DNA of 64,000 nucleotides from Candidatus Bathyarchaeota archaeon (lineage in GTDB: Archaea; Thermoproteota; Bathyarchaeia; Bathyarchaeales; Bathycorpusculaceae). This document shows positions 19,426 through 29,187 of this stretch, in pieces (the stretch's first letter is position 1; each line of letters opens with the position of its first letter). The notes under the pieces are model-generated. The model had not been told where the DNA came from and did not search any database. It saw only the letters and a program-made list of their open reading frames with translations. The stretch is taken from assembly GCA_963828195.1 (NCBI GenBank), contig CAWHDT010000005.1, positions 416,001 through 480,000 on the forward strand. The letters are read 5' to 3'. Made by a program: the position numbers and the translations under genes.

Positions 19426-21695
19426 CCTTCCAGCATCACTAAAAGCCTTTTCAGAATTATGCTTGCTGCTTTCTTGTCTAAGGGTTTGTTTTCGTTTCCG
19501 CATTTGGGCGAGTAGATGCATGAGGGACAACCGTCTTTGCACTCGCAATTCTCAATCAGCTCTAAGGTTTTTTCGAGTAAGGGTTTTATGTTTTGGTAGA
19601 GGTTTTCTGAAATTCCGATCCCGCCTTCAAAGCCGTCATAAATGAAAATCGTTGGGTTCCCCGTGTCCGGATGCAGAGGAGTCGATAAGCCTCCAATGTC
19701 CCATCGGTCACACATCGCAAAAATCGGCGACATCGCAATCATCGCATGCTCAACCGCGTGAATTCCCCCGTCAAAATCGAGCTCGCCATCTTCGATTTCC
19801 CTCTTGATCTCCTCAGGAATAATAAACCACATGCCAACCGTTGAAAACGATAACGGCGGGAGATTAAGCGGTTTTCTCTCAACAACCTCATCATATGATT
19901 TGGTGACATAGGTGTGGTAAAATTCCGTTGTAATTAATTCGCCTAAGCCAACCTGGATTCCGATTTGTTTTTCTTCAAGAGTTCTCTTTATGGCGACATC
20001 AACGGTTTTTAGTGCTTCCGTGTAGTAGTTGACGTTTTCCTGTGTGACTTTAGCTGTTAATTTGTTGAGGTCTAATTCTTCAGAGATGTAAGTTTCGCCC
20101 TGATGAAGCAAAACTGCGCCCGCGTATGCTTCCTCGTAGGCCTTGTTTAAGGAGAGGGTTTCAAGTACGGTTCCGTTACAGGTTACGGTGACGGTTTTGT
20201 CGGAGATACTCTCCAACGTTACAACCTCGACAGGCCTTGCAGTTCCCGAATAGACGTATCCCCTCGGCGTTTTGCGAACCAGATTTTGTCGTTCCAGAGC
20301 TTGAACGCTTTCTTGGAATAGTTCGGGGAAATATTTTTTGTCGGCCTCTGTCAGGGGCAGCTCGCTTGCCGCACACATAATGTGCCCCAAAGAAATGTAG
20401 CGGTTATGCAAATCAATAATGGCTTGTTCATGTGACCTTCCAAAGAAGTCTTTGGGATGCTTCATGAAGTATTGGTCAAGAGGGTTCTGAAAAGCAACCA
20501 GCGTTACAAGTGAATCTGCGTTGGTTCTGCCTGCTCTTCCCGCCTGCTGCCAAGTCGATATGACAGTTCCCGGGTAACCAGAGATAATCACTGAATCCAA
20601 AGAACCAATATCGATGCCCAATTCGAGTGCGTTGGTTGACACAACACCGATCAAGCTTTTTGTCTTTAGCCTGTTCTCTATTTCCCGCCGTTCTTGAGGC
20701 AGATAACCTGCTCGGTAAGCTGTAACGGAGTTGGCTAGTTTTGGTGATCTTTTTTTGAGGTCTTCTTTGGTCCATCTTGTTATAAGCTCAGCCATTTGGC
20801 GGGATGTTGTAAAGCAGAGGGTTTGGAGGTTTTTTGTGATGTTTAGGGTTAGGAGGTCTTTGGTTTCTTGATGAGTGGATCTTCGTGTGGTGTTGGTGTC
20901 GTCGATGAATGGTGGGTTCCAGAAGAGGAATGATTTTTTTCCTCTTGGGGCGCCGTCGTTTGAGATGATTTCGAAGTCTTTTCCCGTCAGTTTCTTGGCG
21001 TGTTCTTGGGGGTTTGCGATGGTGGCTGATGAGAGGATGATTTGTGGGTCGGCGTGGTAATAATTGCATACTCTCATAAGACGTCTTAGGAGCATGGCTA
21101 CGTTTGAGCCAAATACGCCGCGGTAAACGTGGGCTTCATCGATTATGACGAATTTGAGGTTTCCAAGAAAGCTTCGCCACTTATAGTGCCATGGAAGGTA
21201 CTGGTGGAGCCCATATGGGTTGCTTAAGATGATTTTACTGTTTTCTCTTATGTTTGCCCTTTGACTTTGAGGAGTATCACCATCGTAAACGTTAGGGTAA
21301 GCTTGGATGCCCGTTTCTTTTTCCAGTTCTCTTAGAACCTTTAGCTGGTCATTTGTGAGCGCCTTAGTCGGGTAAAGGTAAAGTGCAGTCGCTTTGGGAT
21401 CTTTTGTGAGAGCTTCGAGGACAGGAATGTTGAAAGCTAAGGTTTTTCCTGAAGCTGTCGGAGTGACAATCGCCACGTTCTTGCCCGCTCTTGCTTTGTT
21501 TATGGCTTCAGCCTGATGCGAATAAAGATGGATGTCTCGGGTCAATAAGCAATTTTGAATATTTTGCGGCAGGGATTTTTCTAACTCGCCAAAACATGCT
21601 TCGTGCGGGGGAATTTCTTGTATGTGCACTATCTGTTTTTTGTAGCCTTGCATGTGCTTTATGCTTCGGATAAAGTCGTCTATCAAAGGTTCCAC
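19422..21695 (-). CDS. DEAH-box helicase with DUF1998 (MrfA/SftH/Hrq1 family)
   Basis: PTASGKT, DEAH, SAT, QQAGRAGR and C-terminal CECKDGCPSC. Confidence 0.95.
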   Translation of the reverse strand: MEPLIDDFIRSIKHMQGYKKQIVHIQEIPPHEACFGELEKSLPQNIQNCLLTRDIHLYSHQAEAINKARAGKNVAIVTPTASGKTLAFNIPVLEALTKDPKATALYLYPTKALTNDQLKVLRELEKETGIQAYPNVYDGDTPQSQRANIRENSKIILSNPYGLHQYLPWHYKWRSFLGNLKFVIIDEAHVYRGVFGSNVAMLLRRLMRVCNYYHADPQIILSSATIANPQEHAKKLTGKDFEIISNDGAPRGKKSFLFWNPPFIDDTNTTRRSTHQETKDLLTLNITKNLQTLCFTTSRQMAELITRWTKEDLKKRSPKLANSVTAYRAGYLPQERREIENRLKTKSLIGVVSTNALELGIDIGSLDSVIISGYPGTVISTWQQAGRAGRTNADSLVTLVAFQNPLDQYFMKHPKDFFGRSHEQAIIDLHNRYISLGHIMCAASELPLTEADKKYFPELFQESVQALERQNLVRKTPRGYVYSGTARPVEVVTLESISDKTVTVTCNGTVLETLSLNKAYEEAYAGAVLLHQGETYISEELDLNKLTAKVTQENVNYYTEALKTVDVAIKRTLEEKQIGIQVGLGELITTEFYHTYVTKSYDEVVERKPLNLPPLSFSTVGMWFIIPEEIKREIEDGELDFDGGIHAVEHAMIAMSPIFAMCDRWDIGGLSTPLHPDTGNPTIFIYDGFEGGIGISENLYQNIKPLLEKTLELIENCECKDGCPSCIYSPKCGNENKPLDKKAASIILKRLLVMLEG

Positions 21696-22981
21696 TCCTC
21701 ATAAAGCTTGGAAAATAATGTTCCGAGGGTTAGCAGGTCTTGCCGGTTGTGCTCAACAATTGCGACGAGCGGTCCAGCATTTTTTGTTCTCAAGTAAGTT
21801 TCGTAGAAGTGAGGAACCAAGGCGCCCGGAATGTTGATGTCTCGCTTTATTCCGATGTATTGTTCGACGGTTTCTAGTTTACAATCCGCTAGTTTGTGAC
21901 GCAGTGCCCGTCTGGTGAAGTGGAGAACATCAAAATGCGGGTTATCCAGCGGCGCATCTAACCCATAGTAAGCTAATCTTTGCTTAATGTATGGAATATC
22001 AAAGCTTCTGCCATTATAGGTTATGAGTGACAAGTTGGGTTCAAGCTGCGAAATAAGCGCCCAAATCGCGCTGGGTTCATCCTGAATGTCTCTTAGCAAA
22101 AACTGGCTTGTGCAAACATGAGTTTTGGCTGGTTTAGCTATGCCTAGTAGAATTATGGGTCGCTCTGACAGCCCTAAGGTTTCGATGTCTACGATGGCGA
22201 AGTCTTGATCTTGGCAGAACCCGGCTAAATAATGAAGCAGCGGATGCGATTTGGGGAAGCGTTGCCATAGCCATTTTTGAATTTGGGGGATTTCTTTTTT
22301 GTTTATTATTTTCATGAAGTCATGGGCTTGTTTTTTCCAAAGGGGGTGATTTTCAAGGTCTACTATTGTTGTGTATCCTTGTTGTTTTAGGGTTTGTTCG
22401 CGTGCAGGTCCTATTCCGGGAAGAGCTTTCAGGTCTGAGATGATTTGTTGTCTGCTTTCCTGGTAAGTTGCTTTTTTAAAGGCAGAAATGCGCGAAGCTG
22501 AGATGTGGTAACATTCTCCCTGTTGATTTGAAACAATCTCGCCAGCTATGGCGTCTTGGAGGTTTTTGCCTTCGTATTGTTTGATGAGTTTCTTTTCAAG
22601 GTTCAATGCCTCGTCGTATTCGCTGCTCCAAATCCAGCTTTCAACCGCCGATTCAGCGGGGTGTTCCGTGGTTTTTTCTGTTTCAGAAATTACCTCATAC
22701 TCTTTTGAACGAGCAATTCTCTCGCTTAGACTTTCAGCCGCCCGTGTCAACGCGATTTTTTCTTTGAAAGAACCATTCTCGCCAATTGCGGAAGCTTGAT
22801 TGCCAAAGCTTTTTTGAGCCAACATTTGAGCATAACGGTCATCCCTAAAACTTCGCAGCAGAAAAGAACCGCACACCTTGCAAAACCTGCTCTGCTCATA
22901 CTCCAGATTCGAATAGGTTTTGTTGCACTTTCTGCAAACGTATTCTATTGGCAATTTATGTTCTGCCTTAAGTCTGTGCAA
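21683..22981 (-). CDS. RNase H-like exonuclease (YprB/MrfB family) with N-terminal zinc ribbon and HhH
   Basis: DIETLGL, TYNGRSFDIP, HFD, HNRQD; CRKC..CKVC; PGIGP. Confidence 0.9.
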   Translation of the reverse strand: MHRLKAEHKLPIEYVCRKCNKTYSNLEYEQSRFCKVCGSFLLRSFRDDRYAQMLAQKSFGNQASAIGENGSFKEKIALTRAAESLSERIARSKEYEVISETEKTTEHPAESAVESWIWSSEYDEALNLEKKLIKQYEGKNLQDAIAGEIVSNQQGECYHISASRISAFKKATYQESRQQIISDLKALPGIGPAREQTLKQQGYTTIVDLENHPLWKKQAHDFMKIINKKEIPQIQKWLWQRFPKSHPLLHYLAGFCQDQDFAIVDIETLGLSERPIILLGIAKPAKTHVCTSQFLLRDIQDEPSAIWALISQLEPNLSLITYNGRSFDIPYIKQRLAYYGLDAPLDNPHFDVLHFTRRALRHKLADCKLETVEQYIGIKRDINIPGALVPHFYETYLRTKNAGPLVAIVEHNRQDLLTLGTLFSKLYEEWNL

Positions 22982-23039
22982 TGATTATAAAAGCCATTCT
23001 TTTATTTGGCCAAAAAGCCGAGGATAGCGTATTTAGCTG

Positions 23040-23596
23040 GGGATTTTTCAGTCTTAATTTTTTTAGATTTTCGAGATTTCGTTGGTGGGTTTTTGCAGAT
23101 ATTTTTAAGTTGCGACTTTTGGGCTGGCGTAAGTTGCGACTTTCCGCTCTGGGTCTTTGCGTTTTGGGTTGCTTTGGTTGTTTGGGGTTGGAAGGCGTTT
23201 GCGGGTTGCGACTTTAGGATGGGCGAATGCGACTTTCCATGTTGAATCTATGTTGACGGCACTGTCGCGTACGGACGGATGCCGAGGATCCTTTGTTCGC
23301 CGGGCAACATGAAAGACCGTGAACACCAACAATTCAGCGCCGCCACCCAGCACAAACAAAGAAAATCTCACACCAGCTAAACCACCACAGAACAAAACCG
23401 CCCAGCCACCCCCACCACCGCCAACCACGCCAACAACAAAACAAACAACAACACACCCACACCAAAAACAAACACCTACAACCTCAGCCACCCGCAAAAC
23501 AGCCACAACAACATGACATAGGCACTAACTTTAGCGGTTTCCTGCAGTATGCAGGTGCCTCCTACGGGTGCAGGAGTTGTAATGCTTGCACACTAA
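23040..23596 (+). repeat. terminase-derived repeat R1, copy 3
   Basis: Four iteron motifs. The 3' end reads NKQQHTHTKNKHLQ/SHPQNSHNNMT*ALTLAVSCSMQVPPTGAGVVMLAH*. Confidence 0.85.
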
Positions 23597-23646
23597 AGGA
23601 AAGGATTACGCCCTGTCGAGATATTATAAAACAAAGTCTAATCACA

Positions 23647-23692
23647 CTGCTTCTTACAAGGCAGCCGCTCTACTGGGCTGAGCTGTCAAGGC
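23647..23692 (-). pseudogene. degenerate 5' half of tRNA-Thr(TGT)
   Basis: GCCTTGACAGCTCAGCCCAGTAGAGCGGCTGCCTTGTAAGAAGCAG: D arm GCTC/GAGC, anticodon loop CTTGTAA, no T arm. Confidence 0.65.
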
Positions 23693-23758
23693 ACCAGATT
23701 CCACCAACAAATAAAAACCAACCCAAATAAAAGTCACTCTTAAAGTTATCAGACTGTG

Positions 23759-25267
23759 CTATGGAAAAAGAGCCTCTACGTTAATCTTCAAATAATCGCC
23801 CTCTTTCTCAACAAATCCAGAGAATTCCAAACTATTTACCGCAGCCAATACATTGATGCTTCCGTCGATTTCCGCGATTTTCTCACGGAGATTTGCAATA
23901 TCTTGCTTTCTTTCTGATAAATAATACAAAACCATTGCGGATATGAAATCTTCTTTTTCAATTTTAGTACGCTTAAAGTGTTCCATGAGTTTTTTTGTAA
24001 TTTTACCTAATTTGGTAAGCACTTGCCTATTTTCAAGTTGCTTTAAGAGAATGAATTTCGCTATTAGTTTGCGAGCACCAGGACTAGATTGCAGCCCAAA
24101 AGTTCTAGCGAAGTTTCTGCGGACAACAGTCTCAATTTTTGTAACCAATTTTGTTTCCACATTTTGACTTTCGTTTAGTATAACCTTGAATTTTTCTTTT
24201 GCACATTGAATAAGCTCGGAATTCTTGCTAACAAAAGCCGATTCGGTATTCTCTCGCCAGTACCCTTTTGTTGTGTGAAAGCCCAAATTCATCTTGTTGA
24301 GGTTTATCGAACTAACTACCAACGCTTTATCAGTTAACAGAAGCTTTGCATGTAATTCTTGATTGGTTATCCTCACGTCTATTCCATGCGCTAAAAGATC
24401 ACGAAGCATATTTTCCGTTCTATCGGTAAAATCCATGCTTGTACCACCAGTTAATATGGTAATTTGTATCTTTTTATTTACAGCAGTTGCAACTAGAAAT
24501 TCACAAAAGTCAGTGTCAGTAAATGTTTCTGTAGAAATATATGCATACTGATCAGCATTATCGATTAAGCCGTTCAGCAGTTCACGCCCAATACAATCGA
24601 AGGGCGTCAGGTATAGCTTTTCAAGAATATCTTGACTAGATGCGCATATTTCCAAAGGATATTCTCTAATCCAATGATCAATGTGCTCTTTTCCAATATT
24701 TTTGGGCAACTCAAAAATCTTGCCGTTTTGATCCGGTTTTGCTTGAAATATTTTTTCCTTTACCGAACCATCTGAAGAGCCGTTTCTCAACACAAAAAGA
24801 TTGATCAACCGATCAAATTGATTGTTTAACTCCTTTATTCTCGTTTCATCGTTTTTAAAGACAATCATCGCATCTAATTCTTGTTCTTCAGTTAAGTTAG
24901 CGGATAATACAATAGCACTCTTCTCAGTAACTATGAATTTACCATGGAAGGAATACCATCTTCCGACTGCAGTTGTGGTTCTACTGGGATCACCGATATT
25001 CCATCTATCGAAGTAAAATATCGCACCATTTTTCTGCAATTCACTTAACAGCGGCTCCACCCTTGACCTAATATCTCGGTTAATACTATCAAATGGGAGC
25101 GTGAAAATTTCTATTTTTAACCCTTCGGCAAGTTTTTTGTTAAGGCTGTCGATTACCGCTTTGTTGTGTAATTGAAAAATTGCAATACGAACATATTTTT
25201 CAGCTGAGTATATTTCTTTAATAATTGATGGAATGACGTTGATACTGAAGTCAAAGTTGATAGACAC
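23759..25267 (-). CDS. phospholipase D-family nuclease with two HKD-like motifs, putative restriction endonuclease
   Basis: HGKFIVTE..SANLT and HAKLLLTD..SSINL; AT-rich; follows a DNA methyltransferase. Confidence 0.75.
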   Translation of the reverse strand: MSINFDFSINVIPSIIKEIYSAEKYVRIAIFQLHNKAVIDSLNKKLAEGLKIEIFTLPFDSINRDIRSRVEPLLSELQKNGAIFYFDRWNIGDPSRTTTAVGRWYSFHGKFIVTEKSAIVLSANLTEEQELDAMIVFKNDETRIKELNNQFDRLINLFVLRNGSSDGSVKEKIFQAKPDQNGKIFELPKNIGKEHIDHWIREYPLEICASSQDILEKLYLTPFDCIGRELLNGLIDNADQYAYISTETFTDTDFCEFLVATAVNKKIQITILTGGTSMDFTDRTENMLRDLLAHGIDVRITNQELHAKLLLTDKALVVSSINLNKMNLGFHTTKGYWRENTESAFVSKNSELIQCAKEKFKVILNESQNVETKLVTKIETVVRRNFARTFGLQSSPGARKLIAKFILLKQLENRQVLTKLGKITKKLMEHFKRTKIEKEDFISAMVLYYLSERKQDIANLREKIAEIDGSINVLAAVNSLEFSGFVEKEGDYLKINVEALFP

Positions 25268-25359
25268 TGCTTAGGCCTCTTTATTACATCTAGGCTTTTG
25301 CTTATAAGCTATTTTGGCTTTGATCCGCTCACTTGCTATTTATTGAATGAGAATCTATG

Positions 25360-26598
25360 TTACAGAAGTTCCCTTTGCTTTCCAACAATCTTACTTCTTT
25401 GCCAAATATCGTCGAGATGCGCGGTAAACCGGTAGTAATCACGTAGTTGGTGTATGCTGTCAGACGCTCTTGGAACAGCCAAACGGCAATTAATTAATTT
25501 CACATGTGCGGGGTCAATTTCTATTCCAATTGAGTTTCTTTTTAGCTGTTTTGCAACCACTAAAGCAGTGCCCGTCCCCGCAGTTGGATCAAATACCACA
25601 TCGCCTTGATGAGATGAGGATAGAATTATTCTCAAAAGTAACGCTACTGGCGTTTGTTGAACATGTATTCTCTTGCCACTTTCGTCCCTTAGTGCTTCAT
25701 CTCCAGCAAAATATCCGGATGTTAGTTCTCTAATATCATCCCACACATCTGTTAAATAAACGCCATTTTCGTGTTGGTATTTGTGCTCGGGTAAAGGCGG
25801 TGGATCTATTCGCACTTTGTTAAAAACTCTTGGCTTATTCCCTTTAATGGCATATACAATTATCTGATACTGTTTTGAAAACCTTGTTTCAATGGGAACA
25901 GCAGACGTCTTTTTTTTCCAAATGATTAGATTTTGGAAATTCCAACCAGTTTCTCTTAATATTTTGAGTATGATTTCAGCATTTTTTTCCCTATGCATGA
26001 AATATATACATCCACCGTCTGAGGTGTTTTTGTAAACGCCTTCTATAATTGCTTTTATCCAGTTCCAGTATTTGTCAACCGATTGATTATCATCGAAAAA
26101 TCGATATTCTTTGCCTTGGAGATAAGGTGGGTCAAAAAAAGTAAGATGTACGGTACCAACAGTTCCTTTGTTGAGATGTTCTATGCAGTCACCTTCAAGC
26201 ATTTTATACCAAGTTTTATTTTGCTCAAAATCATTTTCAGGTTCTGAGATACAATCATTTACTTCGGTATTGCTTGCTGTACTTAGCTTTGGCTGTTCAT
26301 CTAATATTTCCGTGGACTCAGAGATAGAGGGCACATGCTCCAGCCCGTTTAATTTAACTTCAAATCCATTTTCATTTCTTGTTACGATAACCTCAGAATT
26401 AATTGGAAATTTACTTTTCAATAATTTAGAACAACGAAGTCTTCCTTCTTTATCCCATTCAGCCGGTTCATCATTTAGTTTTGTGGTAAAGGGTGGCGTT
26501 AAACCTTGCAAAAGTTCCAGTCTGTTTTCAACTGGTATGTAAATGAATCCTATTTCGACTTCTTTCTTTTTCAGTACCTTTGTGACCATAGTCACCAA
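25360..26598 (-). CDS. N4-C/N6-A DNA methyltransferase (beta class) with an extra N-terminal domain
   Basis: DPPY precedes VFDPTAGTGT; ~125-aa N-terminal extension. Confidence 0.92.
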   Translation of the reverse strand: MVTMVTKVLKKKEVEIGFIYIPVENRLELLQGLTPPFTTKLNDEPAEWDKEGRLRCSKLLKSKFPINSEVIVTRNENGFEVKLNGLEHVPSISESTEILDEQPKLSTASNTEVNDCISEPENDFEQNKTWYKMLEGDCIEHLNKGTVGTVHLTFFDPPYLQGKEYRFFDDNQSVDKYWNWIKAIIEGVYKNTSDGGCIYFMHREKNAEIILKILRETGWNFQNLIIWKKKTSAVPIETRFSKQYQIIVYAIKGNKPRVFNKVRIDPPPLPEHKYQHENGVYLTDVWDDIRELTSGYFAGDEALRDESGKRIHVQQTPVALLLRIILSSSHQGDVVFDPTAGTGTALVVAKQLKRNSIGIEIDPAHVKLINCRLAVPRASDSIHQLRDYYRFTAHLDDIWQRSKIVGKQRELL

Positions 26599-26756
26599 TT
26601 CTGTTATCCAGTATGTTCTTAGCTATAAATTTAATCTTATTATAAGATTATTATGAAAGATTACTTTTTCTCAATACGCAAAAAAATTTTCTACAATATG
26701 CTTAGAATTTTATTAGTGTTTGTTCCCATTCAAATATTGGGTGCTTTTTGTTCTTC

Positions 26757-27215
26757 TCAAATTAACCAATTATGCCACCAGAAGTTGTTGGCTTCTTCGT
26801 CTCCGAGCACAATGCCGTAATACAAGGTTCTGGGCATGGTGGTTTCTATAACAGTTTTGCCTTTGAGTAGCCATGTGTGCTGTCGCCAAATACCGTCAGC
26901 GCTCAATGCCCACCCAGTTGCAATTCTGTAGGTTTTAGGGTGCTTGTCCCAGAATTGGGCACAGTTGCTATGGCATTGGCATGGTGCAATTGGTTTAAAA
27001 ATAACCTTGCCTTTGACGAGTTGACCTTTGTCTAGGAGAGTTTCGAGGTCGGGCTCAGGTTGAAGTGCTACCCAATCGCCGCCAAGGGACAACAGTCTAT
27101 CTTGCAGCAGCTTGAGTTCAGGCATCATTTCAAGATTTTTTTCGGTTTTGCTCAGTGCCCACTTTACCCATTCTGGGTCTTCCATTGCTCGAGTGGCTTT
27201 AGCCAGTTTAGGCAC
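26757..27215 (-). CDS. hypothetical protein, possible transglutaminase-like fold
   Basis: CHSN...ATGWAL...QHTW...IETT pattern. Confidence 0.7.
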   Translation of the reverse strand: MPKLAKATRAMEDPEWVKWALSKTEKNLEMMPELKLLQDRLLSLGGDWVALQPEPDLETLLDKGQLVKGKVIFKPIAPCQCHSNCAQFWDKHPKTYRIATGWALSADGIWRQHTWLLKGKTVIETTMPRTLYYGIVLGDEEANNFWWHNWLI

Positions 27216-27657
27216 GATTCCTGTTCCTCAACTATCCGGAGTGTATCTGGTCTAACTATTCAAGCTTATCAGGTTTTGATTAGTTCTGATGCGTATTTTT
27301 GTACTGTGTAGTTTATGGCCTTTGTATTCACATATCAGAGCTTTTTTGATACTTTTCATCGTTTCTGATTTACACTTTTTTTCCATTTTGTGTTTTGTAT
27401 GGGTGGCTTGTTTACGGGTTGTTTGTGGGTTTTGTTGATGTTGCCCGTTTCGCCTGTCGCGAATTTCCAGCTGTGAGATAGCTTGGTTGCTTGTCTATTT
27501 GGATCCTATAGATGTGCCTATTTGGTTCATCTATTAAGCCGAGGGGGTAGTCTGTGAGAGAGACAGATCTCGGGGGTAGATCCGTGTTCTGTTTGTGGAG
27601 CGCTGCTAGTAAAAACTTCTTAAGCAGACCATTGCTTACAATTATGATGGTGAAGTT

Positions 27658-27861
27658 GTGATGTCAAAAAAACAGAAGGAAGAAGTTGGAATATTCGAAA
27701 CCATTGAAGTTGTTGTTAACAAGAAACGTGATAAAGCAAATTTTGAAATTATGCATGATGTTAATGGAAAAGAAACCATGGCTATAACTTGCAAAGATGA
27801 AAAGGGTAAAGAAGTTAGAATAGAGGTTCCATGGGAAAAAATTAAACAATTAAAGAAATAA
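27658..27861 (+). CDS. small hypothetical protein
   Basis: 67-aa charged ORF with GGTGA RBS. Confidence 0.6.
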   Translation: MMSKKQKEEVGIFETIEVVVNKKRDKANFEIMHDVNGKETMAITCKDEKGKEVRIEVPWEKIKQLKK

Positions 27862-27972
27862 ATCTTCATACAATTCCGAACAAGCGGTTCTGTTGTTGGT
27901 TTCAGTTTGTGACAACATTATTTTATATTCTCTTTGAGGGATAATGGGTGACAAGAGCCAGCGGTTGTTTAT

Positions 27973-28070
27973 GCGGGTTCGGCTGCTAATAGAAGATAAG
28001 GTTCCCCCCCTCTTCTTTTTGCCTTATCTCTGTTAGCGCAAGGCTAAATCCGTTTAACACTAATTTTTGC
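27973..28070 (+). ncRNA. candidate structured ncRNA, copy A
   Basis: ~28-bp stem with 4-nt 3' bulge, GATAAGG/CCTTATC closing a pyrimidine loop; paralogue at 48150 with compensatory changes. Confidence 0.55.
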
Positions 28071-28249
28071 CCATTAACTCAACATTAGCGTGCGACCAAA
28101 AATTATATCTGTTGTTTCTGTGCCCGGCTCGTCCATGTAGCGTTTGAGGATTGCGCTTGTTCAGCTTTCCATTTCAGCATAACATCTTTGGAAATGGGTA
28201 AACTTAAAACTGCACCCCGCATATTTTTCTCTCTAACTGGTGCATTCAC

Positions 28250-29095
28250 TTGGCGTTTCTCGTAACCAAAGCAGACGGATCCAAACAATCGTTTAACAGA
28301 GAAAAAATCGTTCAGACATGCTTGAGAATGGGCGCAGACAGCTACATCGCTAATGAAGTTGCGGAGCGGGTTGAAAGAAGACTTTACGAAGGCATAACTA
28401 CAGAGGCGATTCTTAAGCTTATTTTCACGTATATGAGGAAATACCGGCCTGCTGTCAGCCACCTTTACGACTTAAAACGGGGTATAAGCCTGATGGAGCC
28501 CAAGCCGGAGTTTGAATTGTTCATACAGGTTTTGTTGGCGCACACCGGTTTTGAGGTCACGCCTAATCAGGTTCTCAGGGGGAAATGCGGGGAACATGAG
28601 GTGGATGGCATTGCAAGGAAGGACGGAGTCACCTACTTTGTTGAGGTTAAACATCATTTAAGCTACCACGCCTTAACGGGGCTGGATGAAAGCCGAATAG
28701 CTTGGGCAGTGCTCGAAGACGTTACAGACGCCTTCTCGCTTGGCTTAACAGACCTAAAAATTGACCGCGCCGTTATAGTCACCAACACCAGATACTCGGA
28801 ACATGCAATACGGTACGGCAAATGCAAAAACCTCATACAGATAGGATGGACTTCACCTGAACACTTCGGATTAAGAGAAGCCATTGAAAAAAACAAGTTA
28901 TACCCGTTAAGCTGCCTTAGAGGAGTAAGCGTTGAAGCAAGGCAGAGGCTGGTTAACTCGGGGATAGTTCTCATAAAACAGTTGCTTAACCAAGACAGAT
29001 TGACAATTGAAAGGAAAACAGGATTATCCCAAGCAACCGTGCTATCGATCATGGAAGAGGCCAGACACAGCGCAAACACGCTTTGGGACTTTTAG
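28250..29095 (+). CDS. ATP-cone plus Mrr-like PD-(D/E)XK nuclease domain protein
   Basis: VTKADGSKQSFNREKI ATP cone; FE...EVDGIA...VEVKHH. Confidence 0.88.
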   Translation: MAFLVTKADGSKQSFNREKIVQTCLRMGADSYIANEVAERVERRLYEGITTEAILKLIFTYMRKYRPAVSHLYDLKRGISLMEPKPEFELFIQVLLAHTGFEVTPNQVLRGKCGEHEVDGIARKDGVTYFVEVKHHLSYHALTGLDESRIAWAVLEDVTDAFSLGLTDLKIDRAVIVTNTRYSEHAIRYGKCKNLIQIGWTSPEHFGLREAIEKNKLYPLSCLRGVSVEARQRLVNSGIVLIKQLLNQDRLTIERKTGLSQATVLSIMEEARHSANTLWDF

Positions 29096-29187
29096 CCAGA
29101 CTACCGGACAATACTAGAGGTCTGTAATAAGTTAATATGGCGGACAAAGACTTTCCCGCTTGAAAATTCAAGGAACTTGCGGCGCGC

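Noticed and set aside
17880-23520. R1 copies 2 and 3 as a diversity-generating retroelement TR/VR pair
   Set aside because: No reverse transcriptase in the window, neither copy lies in an intact target gene, and differences are not confined to adenines.
27395-27480. Possible fifth terminase tail on the - strand (ETGNINKTH)
   Set aside because: A/C-rich like R1 but lacks the HDD/ALA motif; too degenerate to support by eye.
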